Below are positions 53,890-64,000 of a DNA stretch of 64,000 nt, in pieces. The position numbers and the translations under genes were made by a program. The DNA comes from Haliotis rufescens (taxonomy: Eukaryota), in the NCBI RefSeq assembly GCF_023055435.1, contig NW_025964223.1, positions 49,538,001 through 49,602,000 on the forward strand, given 5' to 3'. The notes below the pieces were generated by a model that saw nothing but the letters and a program-made list of their open reading frames with translations, was not told the origin of the DNA and searched no databases. How positions within the stretch are numbered: position 1 is the stretch's first letter; every line of letters starts with the position of its first letter.

Positions 53890-56800
53890 CTATCGATTTT
53901 TTTGTGAGTCTGAGAGTATTAAGATTTTTTTTTGGTTTTTAGTGTGATGGCTGTGGAGCGCCGTGGCGATACCCATGAGTTCTGCGGTGAAGATGGATTG
54001 GTTGTTTGGGAGTCGGAAGGATTGAGTATTTTTAACTGGTTGGGCTATGTGGACTCCGAAACCTGTGTGATTTGTGATCGGATCAGCGGATCCGTCTGTG
54101 TATATGTGACACCAATTTGGCCATTTTTGATGAATGTAAGCTAGTGAGGTGGTTTTAGCTAGGTTTGGGTCAGTTTGTTTGTTTATTGTGTTGGCTAGGG
54201 ATGTGTCTATTTTGGGGATTTTAAGTTTTGGGGTGAATACGTTTGATTGCTTGCAGTTTTGTTGTTGGTTTCCTATTTGGTGTTCGTTATGGTAGTTTAT
54301 TATTCGTTGGGATATTGGAGTGAGTAGAGGGTGTTTCCTAGTTAGTGCCTGGTTTTGGGGACGTATGTTTTGGTTTAGCATGTTTTGGAGAAGGGGGTTT
54401 GAGTGAGATGCTGCCCAGAAGTTTAGTGTTAAGTGTTGTCTACGTAAATTTAGTGGCATTTCTCCTGTAAGGGCCTGCAGTGATGTGAGGGAGGTGCCAT
54501 GTTGAGTACGTGTTACTAGTTTGAGGGCTTGATATTGTATTGAATCTAGTTTTTTGGTTAGGGTTTCGTTTAGGGTATCGTATATGGCACAGCCGTAGTC
54601 TAGTTTAGATCTGATTAGGGATGTGTAGAGGCTGAGGAGGGTATCTTTAGAGGCTCCCCAGTTGGAGCCGGTTAGGCATCTTAGTGTGTTTAGATCTTTG
54701 CTACATCTGGTGGTTAGGTTTTGGACGTGAGCATCCCAGGAGAGATGCTCGTCGAAAATTAGACCTAGGAATTTAGTTTGCTTTTGGAATTTGATTGGTT
54801 TATTGTTTAGTTTTAGGAAAGGGGAGGCCCGTTTCATACTTTTGTGTTTGAATACTATTCCTGTCGTTTTTTCGGAGTTTAGGGAGAAGCCCCATTTGTC
54901 TGCCCATTTTTGTATTTTGTTTAGGGATTTTTGTAGTAAGTCCTGAGATGTTAAGATACTTTTGGAGCGGATCCAGAGGGCTCCGTCATCCGCAAATTTT
55001 GAGGTGTTTATTTTAGGGGATAAGCCATCAAATAGGTCGTTTATCATTATATTAAAAAGTGTGGGGCTAAGAATGCTGCCTTGTGGGGTGCCGTTTTCTA
55101 GGGGACACTGCTCCGACAAGGCCTGGTCTATACCCACTGTAATTTTGCGGTTTTGGAGGAAGCTTTGGATGTAATTAACGATTTGACCTTTAAGTCCTAT
55201 TTTTTTAAGTTTTTGGATTAATCCGTTATGCCATACCATATCAAAGGCTTTAGAGAAATCCAGAAAGATGCCTGTTGTGTATTGTTTGTTTAGTTGACCG
55301 GTTTTAATATCCTGTTCGAGACGAGCGAGGTTATCTAGGGTGGAGCGGCCAGGAGTGAAACCGCTTTGATCTGAGTTTATTATGTTATTTTGAGATAGAT
55401 AGTGTTGAAGTCTATTTTTGGCCATGGATTCCATTACTTTGCAAAGGTTTGAAGTAAGAGAAATTGGTCTATAAGAGTTAGCTTGGTTGGTTGGTTTACC
55501 GGGTTTGGGAATAGGTATGATTAGCGCCTCCTTCCAGGGGGTTGGTACATGGCCTTTTATGTAGATTAGATTATATAGTTTGAGTAGTGTCTGGAGTAGT
55601 TTAGGGGGGAGTTTTTTTAATATTTGGTAGGAGGTTAGGTCTAGTCCTGGGGCTGTTCCCTTTTTCCTATTTTGGAGTACATAATTGAGTTCTTCTATTG
55701 TGTACGGCTGATTTATTTCTAGGGCGTCGTTATTTGGGTCTTGGCTAGGTTTGGTTTCTGTTTTAAGTTTTAGTTGGAATTTGTCACTGAAATTGTTATT
55801 ACTGCTTGTGGCCGAAAAGTGGTTTGCTAGGTTATCTGCTTTTTCGCTAGGAGTTGTTGAGTTATTTATGTTAGGTGTCTTTTTGTGACGTTTTAGGCCT
55901 CTAACGGCGTGGATTTTACGCCAGACCGTTCTGGCGTCTGTGCGGTTGTTTAATCCCTCACAGAATTTTTTCCAGTCTCTAGTTTTTGCTATTTTAACTA
56001 GTTTTTGTACCTGGTGGTTTAGTTGGTGAGCTACTGGTATGTGGTTATGGTCGCGTTTGGCTTTGTTGAAGGCTGTTTTACGTTTTTGTCTAGTTAGTTC
56101 TATTTCCTCGTTCCACCAGGGTACAGAGGGCCTACCCAATTTATTGGGTTTTTTAAAGGGGATTGCGCTTTTGGCTGCGTTTATTATGAAGTCCGTTAGG
56201 TTTTGGCAATATATTTCTGGGTCACTATTTTCTAGTTCTACTAGGTTAGCTTGGTTGCATATGTCTTGGAATTTATCCCAGTTAGCCTGGTTGTAGTTAA
56301 ATTTGGGTTCTGAACTTTCGGATTGATTTGGGACGTTAGTGTTTCCTATGGTTATGTTTATGGGGAAGTGATCACTTCCTAGGGGGGCGTCGTGAACTTC
56401 CCATTGGGTACTTTGAGCTAAGTCTGCTGTACATATGGTTAGGTCGATAGCCGACATGTCTCTATTGTTTTTATCGTATCTGGTAGGTTGGTTGTTATTT
56501 AATAGTACTAAATTGTTTGTTTCTATCCATTCTGATATTAGTTTGCCGTGATTATCTAGTTTATCTCCCGTGCCCCAGGAAGGGTGGTGGGCGTTGAAGT
56601 CTCCTAGAAAGATGGTAGATTTGTTGCCTATCTTTTTGAGTATGTTTAGATCCTCCGGTTGGATTTTCTGTTGTTGCCAGTGGTAAATGTTTATGATGTT
56701 TATTTTTTGGTTTTTAAGGGTGATTTGGATACCATTGGCTTCTAGGTTTGGGGTGTTTATTTTGATTTCCTCGTAACTTATGTCTTCTCTAATCAGTATT

Positions 56801-57015
56801 AGTAGGCCACCTGATGCTCTAATTGTTTTGTTTTTAGGTCTATCATGTCTGACTATGTTGTAGTTTGGTAGGTAGAATTTGGATTTATTGGAGAATTTAG
56901 TTTCCTGGATGCACGCTATATGTGGTCCTTGTTTTAGTTTAAATCTAGCTTTTAATTCGTGGCTGTGGGAGTTAAGCCCGTCCGCATTCCACTGAAAGAT
57001 ATTTAGGCCTGTCAT
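53890..57015 (-). pseudogene. Family B ORF2 with truncated RNase H
   Basis: Same as 25575-28700. Confidence 0.92.
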
Positions 57016-57068
57016 TATTTGGGCTTTTAGTGTTTGGAGATTATGGATTTATTGTTTGTTTGGATTGT

Positions 57069-58733
57069 CTATAGTCCTGCGGTTGCTGTTGAGTAGTTTG
57101 TAAGAAATTCCTTGTAACTTTGAGTGGTCAGTTTTAGGTTTAGGGCTACTTTGTGAAGATTTTTGGAGCTAGCCTCTGGGTTTATTTGTTTGAGCATGTA
57201 GGCCAGTAAGATTGTGATGTTGTTTAGTTTGGAAGTTATGGGGGTTTGGGGTTGAGATTGGATTTTGCGTTTGCGGTTTTTAAATTTTTTAGGTGCTGAT
57301 CGGGTAATTTCAATTTCGTTTGCATTATCTTCAGTATCGTATTCGTCTTCGTCTATATTGCTTTGGTTTATCTCCTCACTCTCCATGGGGGTTGTTTGTG
57401 TGTTTGGTAGTGCTTGCGTGTGCGTGCTGGGTATGTCCATGGGTTGAGTGCTGTTTGTGTCTTCGGGTAGTGCTTGCTCGTGTGTGGTTGTTGTTGCCCT
57501 GGTGGCTGCGGGTTGTATGGTGTTGGGTAGGGTTGAGGCGTGTGAGGTGCGGTTTGTTTTGCTTGCGGGTGTGGATGCAGCGAGTGGCTGTGGTGTGGCG
57601 AAGGTTTGGGGTTTGCGTGGGTGGTGGTAGAGTGTGGTTGTTGCTTGGGGGATTACCTTGGGGATGCCATCCCATGGGGATTGTAGGTGTCGGTCGTTGT
57701 TTGGTTGCGGTGTGGGTAAGAGTGGATTGTTTGTATGCTGTGTTTGTTTTCTTGTTTGGAGTTTGGCCGAGTCAATGTCGATGTGTTTGTTGGCCTGTTG
57801 GGTGAGGGTGTGTCTGTGGGGACATTTGTTGGAGAGAGAGGAGTGATTAGTTGCTTTACAATGTATGCACCAGGGAGCGCAGGCTCCTGGGCATTGGGTT
57901 TGAGCACAAGTCCTACATTTGGTTTTTTTAAATGTACAGGTGTTAGCAGTATGATTGTATTGTAAACAGTTTGAGCATTGTTTTACTTGCTTAATGTAGG
58001 GTTTAACCTCTAGTTTAGTAGAAGCGCCGAAAGAGATGAAGTTTGGGGCTTGAGGGTATTTTTCTGATTTCTGAAAGTTTATGATAACAATTGGTGTGTT
58101 TGTAGTTTTGCCGTTTCTGTTTGAAGTTATTCTCCTGGTGCTGGTTATTTTGGGTTGAAGAAGGGTATGGTTATTTAGGTTGGCTTCATCTGTGTAAAGT
58201 GCTAAGTCTTCATCTGATTCCCTAGGATTTACTCTGATTACGCCTCTAGTATAAAGTTGCCAATTTGGGGTTTGATGGGTTACTGTGAATTGGAAGATCT
58301 CCGTTACTTTTTTAGCTAAGTTTAGTGATTCTAGGTCCGGAAAGATAATTTGGTATCCTTTGTGTGCCTCTCTGATTTTGTTGTATTGGATTTTTTGTTT
58401 TTTAAACCAGAGTCCTACTTTGTTAATTGAGAGTTCCTTAGTTAGATTTATGACGGGGCCTGCCGCGCAGAAGTAGAGGGCGAAGGTGACCAGTGATGCT
58501 GCTTGTGATGTGAATGAGGTGTTGGAAGAGTCCAGCTTCCGTTTTTTAGGGTTTGTGGTGGCTGCGGTCGATTCGGAAGTTTTTGGAGGGTTGACTGTGG
58601 TTTTGTTTCCGAAATCGTGTGGTATGAGGGTCTCGGGTGTCCGATCGGAGGTGTTGTGCGCCTCCGATGGTGTAGGAGTGTCAGTCTGGTGTATGTCTGC
58701 CTGGGTGACTGTGACTGTGCGTGTGTCGGACAT
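57069..58733 (-). CDS. Family B ORF1 (554 aa)
   Basis: Same as 28754-30418. Confidence 0.92.
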   Translation of the reverse strand: MSDTRTVTVTQADIHQTDTPTPSEAHNTSDRTPETLIPHDFGNKTTVNPPKTSESTAATTNPKKRKLDSSNTSFTSQAASLVTFALYFCAAGPVINLTKELSINKVGLWFKKQKIQYNKIREAHKGYQIIFPDLESLNLAKKVTEIFQFTVTHQTPNWQLYTRGVIRVNPRESDEDLALYTDEANLNNHTLLQPKITSTRRITSNRNGKTTNTPIVIINFQKSEKYPQAPNFISFGASTKLEVKPYIKQVKQCSNCLQYNHTANTCTFKKTKCRTCAQTQCPGACAPWCIHCKATNHSSLSNKCPHRHTLTQQANKHIDIDSAKLQTRKQTQHTNNPLLPTPQPNNDRHLQSPWDGIPKVIPQATTTLYHHPRKPQTFATPQPLAASTPASKTNRTSHASTLPNTIQPAATRATTTTHEQALPEDTNSTQPMDIPSTHTQALPNTQTTPMESEEINQSNIDEDEYDTEDNANEIEITRSAPKKFKNRKRKIQSQPQTPITSKLNNITILLAYMLKQINPEASSKNLHKVALNLKLTTQSYKEFLTNYSTATAGL

Positions 58734-60188
58734 GGTGAGCTTGTGTGAGAGAGTGTTTGTTGTGTTTGGGTTTTGTATGGGGGTATTTGTAGAGAGTGCC
58801 TGGGTGAGTTGTGTTTGACTGGTTTCTACTCTATATAGGGTTGGATTGGAGAGGTTGTTTGTTTAGGTTAAGAGATTTCTAAAGGTTTGTGGTTTTTAGT
58901 GGGCTTGGGTGTGAGATACTTTGGCCTAGTGTTGAAAGGGTGTGTTGTGATAGTAACGGATTGGCTTGGGTGGTGGTTTGTTTTAAGCTAGAGGTTTAGG
59001 TGGTTTGGTGTTTTAAGTTGGCTTGGGTGTGAGTAATTTTAACCTAAATTGTATGGGTGTGTTGTGATAGTTACCGGGGTGTTGCTCTTGGGCTGGCTAG
59101 CAGTGGGAACTGTGCTGGCTTGGGAGGCTTTGCTGGGTGAGGTTGGCTTGGTGGCTGGATGGCTTGGGTTGCTTCGTAGGCTGAAGAGGTGTTGCTAGCT
59201 TGGAGTACAAACTGCGAAATGTGGCTGATAGCTGCACGCTTACAAGCGCGTGTGCTTTTTCGTGTATTTGTATCCGAATAATCACTTCTTAATCAAGGAA
59301 AGTTTCAATTTCAACAATACAGTTAGGTAGTAAAAACATTTGGCTACATTTCGGTTACAATAGCAACGCTCACGGGTGAAGTTCAAAGCCACACGTGCTG
59401 TTTCCAATGAAGCGACCCAGTCTAAAATGTAGACATCGCTACTTTCAAAAGCACATTTTGAGCCTTGAGACTCAAGTTTATGCATTTTAAACGTTGCCTG
59501 TCAATTCTCAATATATCTAACTATGAAAGTAAAACACAACACTCATCAGTATTGCCTATGATAAGCTAGAACAAGCTTTCAAACAACGACAATGAAGCAC
59601 GTTTTTCTGACGACTTCGCCATTTTGCAACAGAAAACATTTGACACTATATTTCTGGAGACATAATTTTGGTCACTTCAATTAGAGTTGAAACTAACTTT
59701 GTCATAACAAGTAAGTAACGGGGATTTTACTTTCAGGAAAACAGTCTAGTAAGACGAGGATCTCGGGACACAAGCAGCTAGGGCGCGAAGCCCCGAACAG
59801 TAACATATATACATTGGTGTTTAGATCACTCGATCGGTCGTCACAGATTAAGTCTTTTTGCCTGTCTTAATAGCACGATATTAGTAGGGGTCTTCGTCGT
59901 TTGGATGTTAATTTTACCAGAACAATATAGGCTACCATCCATCAACGAAAAGTGAATGTTTCAGACGAAAGGCCGGATCGAGTGAGCGAGTGTGCCGGGC
60001 CTCGTGTTAAACAGTGATCACATGTTTTTAGAACGGCTAGATTTTAATCCCTGTAAATATACATCATAAATCAACAAACACAACATGTCTACTGAACCCG
60101 CTGAAAACGCGAGCATGCTGTTTTCATGGCAATGTCTGTTTACCAATGTGTGGTGGCTATATGTAGCTAAAGTTTGCCGAAAAGCATT

Positions 60189-60307
60189 GTCTACGGCCAT
60201 ACCACGTTGAAAACACCGGTTCTCGTCCGATCACCGAAGTTAAGCAACGTCGGGCCCGGAGAGTACTTGGATGGGTGACCGCCTGGGAACACCGGGTGCA
60301 GTAGACA
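60189..60307 (+). rRNA. 5S: 5S rRNA
   Basis: Copy of 2608-2726. Confidence 0.99.
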
Positions 60308-61534
60308 TTTTTGCTGTGCGATTCCCACTTTTTTTCTTTTTCGACCATAAGGTGCACTTGCCACATTCACATCTGATGTAATCATACACTTTTATTTCCT
60401 TGTAAATGGCCCCACTCATGCATGTCTGCTCAAAGACATAGCTGCCAGCCATGTATTCTTACATACCTTTACAGAAAGGAATTTTCCACTATACATGTGA
60501 TCATATTCAGTTGTCAGTTCACCCAACTCGTCAACTATTCTGAAGGCATGTACGTCCTTTTCGCCACATAAAGGTGTTTGCGTGCACCGATAATTGACTA
60601 TTTTACTTACTTTCTTACTTTCAAAGCATGAATATATAATATATACATGTAAAATTATAATGTTGTTCGTGTTAAGTCTCGGCTCACATCTCTTTGCCTA
60701 CACAGATAAGAAAAGGAGAAAGAGTTAGATCGTACAGAGCGCCTGTCAATAGGAGTTCACTGGCTTGCTGCTGGAAAATGTATTTTGAAAGCTGTGAGCA
60801 AGCTGATCACTGTTGACACGCTTTAAAAATATGAAAAAAAAACGACGCGACTGTGTGATAAACCAGCTATTTTATGTTCCCCGTTCTAGCTGATCGCTGG
60901 CAAACGTACTTTAGACTTATTAGAAAGTATTTCCATACATTTCTCTCGCCATACAACAGGTAGATGTGACATGTTGCAGGTAGGGGGCTAGGCGAAACGC
61001 ACACGACCAAGGGCGCACAACTCTTGGCGCTCTATTTGAAAAGTCGTGCACAGGCGAGGCGTGTGTCGGTAAAACACCCCGTGGATGTCTGGCCTTTATC
61101 GCCGTTTTACACCTTTGAACACAACGTGCATGTGCAGCTACACACATAATAAAGTCTGCACTCAGGATATTATATATATCAACGACACTAATCGCCTCAC
61201 TTTCCAACATACACCCATTTGGGGGGTTAATAAACAAGCATAACAACAGTCATTAGTGTGAAGACACACTACCCCACCCCCCCATCCCCCCCCCCCACAC
61301 ACAATAAAATCCCTGACATACCTTTATCAACATCACCTATGTGTGTTATGTGCGTGGTGGGTGTTGCTGCCACGTTATCTCTGTTATCACGAGAACCTGC
61401 ACTTTATTACTGCTAATATACATATTTATTGTTTTGTTATCAGTGTTTTCAAGTTTTCTTTTGGGGTATTTGGATGGCCCTGAAAAGGGCCTTTGGACCA
61501 CAGAAATGTGGAGCGAAGGCGTGACAATGAGAGC

Positions 61535-62080
61535 TTAAGCCTTCTTTGGCTTGACTGCCTTCTTCTTGGGGGTCTTGACCTTCTTGGGTTTGGCTGCTGC
61601 CTTCTTGGGCTTGGCTGCAGCCTTCACCTTCTTTGGTGACTTAGCGGCCTTCTTAGCGGCTGTTTTGGGTTTCTTGGCAGCAGCTGGCTTCTTGACTTTC
61701 TTGGGGGATTTGGCAGCCTTCTTTGGTTTGGCAGCTGCCTTAGCCTTCTTGGGTTTTTCGTCTTTCTTTGCCTCGCCAAGACGGAATGATCCAGCGGCTC
61801 CAGTTCCCTTTGATTGCTTCAGTGCGCCGTTCTTGACTCCATTTTTCAAAGCAGTCTTGATGCGAGCATTGATGGCCACCTGGTTGTCACCAACCTTGTA
61901 GTTGGCCAAGATGTATTTCAGAACAGCCTGTCGGGAAGAACCACCCCTCTCCTTCAGGGTTGAAATAGCTTTCTTGATCATCTCCAAATAGGTAGGATGT
62001 GCGGCAGCCTTCTTAGGCTTGGCAGCAGCCTTCTTCTTGGGAGTCTTGACAACAGCGGGGGCAGCAGCAGCATCAGCCAT
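61535..62080 (-). CDS. H1: Linker histone H1, 181-aa variant with intact promoter
   Basis: 18-bp deletion allele with uninterrupted upstream region. Confidence 0.98.
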   Translation of the reverse strand: MADAAAAPAVVKTPKKKAAAKPKKAAAHPTYLEMIKKAISTLKERGGSSRQAVLKYILANYKVGDNQVAINARIKTALKNGVKNGALKQSKGTGAAGSFRLGEAKKDEKPKKAKAAAKPKKAAKSPKKVKKPAAAKKPKTAAKKAAKSPKKVKAAAKPKKAAAKPKKVKTPKKKAVKPKKA

Positions 62081-63178
62081 AGTGGTAAGTTTGAGTGGTA
62101 AAAATTCACGTCAGCTACGAGAGAAGCACAGAGAGCGAATGACACTTCCCCACAGACAGCCCGGCTGATACTCCGGAGGCGCGGACGTCGGAGGAGACAC
62201 CCTGCTTGTTGTGGCTGATAGCTGCACGCTTACAAGCGCGTGTGCTTTTTCGTGTATTTGTATCCGAATAATCACTTCTTAATCAAGGAAAGTTTCAATT
62301 TCAACAATACAGTTAGGTAGTAAAAACATTTGGCTACATTTCGGTTACAATAGCAACGCTCACGGGTGAAGTTCAAAGCCACACGTGCTGTTTCCAATGA
62401 AGCGACCAAGTCTAAAATGTAGACATCGCTACTTTCAAAAGCACATTTTTAGCCTTGAGACTCAAGTTTATGCATTTTAAACGTTGCCTGTCAATTCTCA
62501 ATATATATAACTATGAAAGTAAAACACAACACTCATCAGTATTGCCTATGATAAGCTAGAACAAGCTTTCAAACAACGACAATGAAGCACGTTTTTCTGA
62601 CGACTTCGCCATTTTGCAACAGAAAACATTTGACACTATATTTCTGGAGACATAATTTTGGTCACTTCAATTAGAGTTGAAACTAACTTTGTCATAACAA
62701 GTAAGTAACGGGGATTTTACTTTCAGGAAAACAGTCTAGTAAGACGAGGATCTCGGGACACAAGCAGCTAGGGCGCGAAGCCCCGAACAGTAACATATAT
62801 ACATTGGTGTTTAGATCACTCGATCGGTCGTCACAGATTAAGTCTTTTTGCCTGTCTTAATAGCACGATATTAGTAGGGGTCTTCGTCGTTTGGATGTTA
62901 ATTTTACCAGAACAATATAGGCTACCATCCATCAACGAAAAGTGAATGTTTCAGACGAAAGGCCGGATCGAGTGAGCGAGTGTGCCGGGCCTCGTGTTAA
63001 ACAGTGATCACATGTTTTTAGAACGGCTAGATTTTAATCCCTGTAAATATACATCATAAATCAACAAACACAACATGTCTACTGAACCCGCTGAAAACGC
63101 GAGCATGCTGTTTTCATGGCAATGTCTGTTTACCAATGTGTGGTGGCTATATGTAGCTAAAGTTTGCCGACAAGCATT

Positions 63179-63297
63179 GTCTACGGCCATACCACGTTGA
63201 AAACACCGGTTCTCGTCCGATCACCGAAGTTAAGCAACGTCGGGCCCGGAGAGTACTTGGATGGGTGACCGCCTGGGAACACCGGGTGCAGTAGACA
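63179..63297 (+). rRNA. 5S: 5S rRNA
   Basis: Copy of 2608-2726. Confidence 0.99.
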
Positions 63298-64000
63298 TTT
63301 TTGCTGTGCGATTCCCACTTTTTTTCTTTTTCGACCATAAGGTGCACTTGCCTCATTCACATCTGATGTAATCATACACTTTTATTTCCTTGTAAATGGC
63401 CCCACTCATGCATGTCTGCTCAAAGACATAGCTGCCAGCCATGTATTCTTACATACCTTTACAGAAAGGAATTTTCCACTATACATGTGATCATATTCAG
63501 TTGTCAGTTCACCCAACTCGTCAACTATTCTGAAGGCATGTACGTCCTTTTCGCCACATAAAGGTGTTTGCGTGCACCGATAATTGACTATTTTACTTAC
63601 TTTCTTACTTTCAAAGCATGAATATATAATATATACATGTAAAATTATAATGTTGTTCGTGTTAAGTCTCGGCTCACATCTCTTTGCCTACACAGATAAG
63701 AAAAGGAGAAAGAGTTAGATCGTACAGAGCGCCTGTCAATAGGAGTTCACTGGCTTGCTGCTGGAAAATGTATTTTGAAAGCTGTGAGCAAGCTGATCAC
63801 TGTTGACACGCTTTAAAAATATGAAAAAAAAACGACGCGACTGTGTGATAAACCAGCTATTTTATGTTCCCCGTTCTAGCTGATCGCTGGCAAACGTACT
63901 TTAGACTTATTAGAAAGTATTTCCATACATTTCTCTCGCCATACAACAGGTAGATGTGACATGTTGCAGGTAGGGGGCTAGGCGAAACGCACACGACCAA

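Larger units (their letters stand above)
53337..59219 (-). mobile_element. LINE family B, second near-full-length copy
   Basis: Same junctions and same 350-bp deletion (53904/53905) as 25022-30904; offset +28315. Confidence 0.95.
12974..61534. repeat. Higher-order repeat: ~20.25-kb dimer [H1::A(B')-5S][H1::B-5S] present twice (~12974-33231 and ~41286-61534), separated by an 8.05-kb derived segment
   Basis: ORF offsets of 28312-28315, with identical insertion junctions and deletions in both copies. Confidence 0.9.
1..64000. repeat. Tandem array of ~3006-3008 bp H1 + 5S rDNA units, interrupted by LINE insertions
   Basis: Near-identical sequence recurs with period 3006/3006/3008/3008 (H1 ORFs at 946, 3952, 6958, 9966, 12974) and continues around the insertions to the window end. 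Confidence 0.99.

Noticed and set aside
13608-59219. Counting all LINE copies as independent evidence of targeting
   Set aside because: Identical junctions show the second A, B' and B copies and the partial B arose by DNA duplication; only four insertion events are independent.
1-64000. CRISPR array, LTR elements, core histone genes or tRNAs
   Set aside because: None seen: no repeat-spacer structure, no LTRs or integrase, no H2A/H2B/H3/H4 ORFs, no recognisable cloverleaf.

Overview
Animal genomic DNA, probably a lophotrochozoan and likely a mollusc (inferred from the H1 and 5S sequences). The window is a tandem array of a ~3.0-kb unit carrying one intronless linker histone H1 gene (minus strand, with a histone stem-loop plus AATAAA signals) and one divergently oriented 5S rRNA gene (plus strand), with no core histones. 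There are 9 intact H1 ORFs, 1 H1 3' remnant and 10 5S genes. Three distinct families (called A, B, C here) of I-group non-LTR retrotransposons (zinc-knuckle ORF1; APE-RT-RNase H-CCHC ORF2) have invaded the array in four independent insertions, all co-oriented with H1. A and B insert 9 bp apart at the inferred H1 transcription start (TCATTC initiator). A second, truncated B copy inserts ~50-60 nt downstream of that start, inside A's 5' end. Element A sits directly behind an intact H1 promoter and 5' leader. Together this looks like an H1-promoter-targeting, promoter-capturing LINE system. All three families share a covarying 3' RNA hairpin. The inserted units were then amplified as a ~20.3-kb higher-order repeat. 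A 4.5-kb microhomology-mediated duplication also places the B ORF1 in front of a histone stem-loop 3' end.
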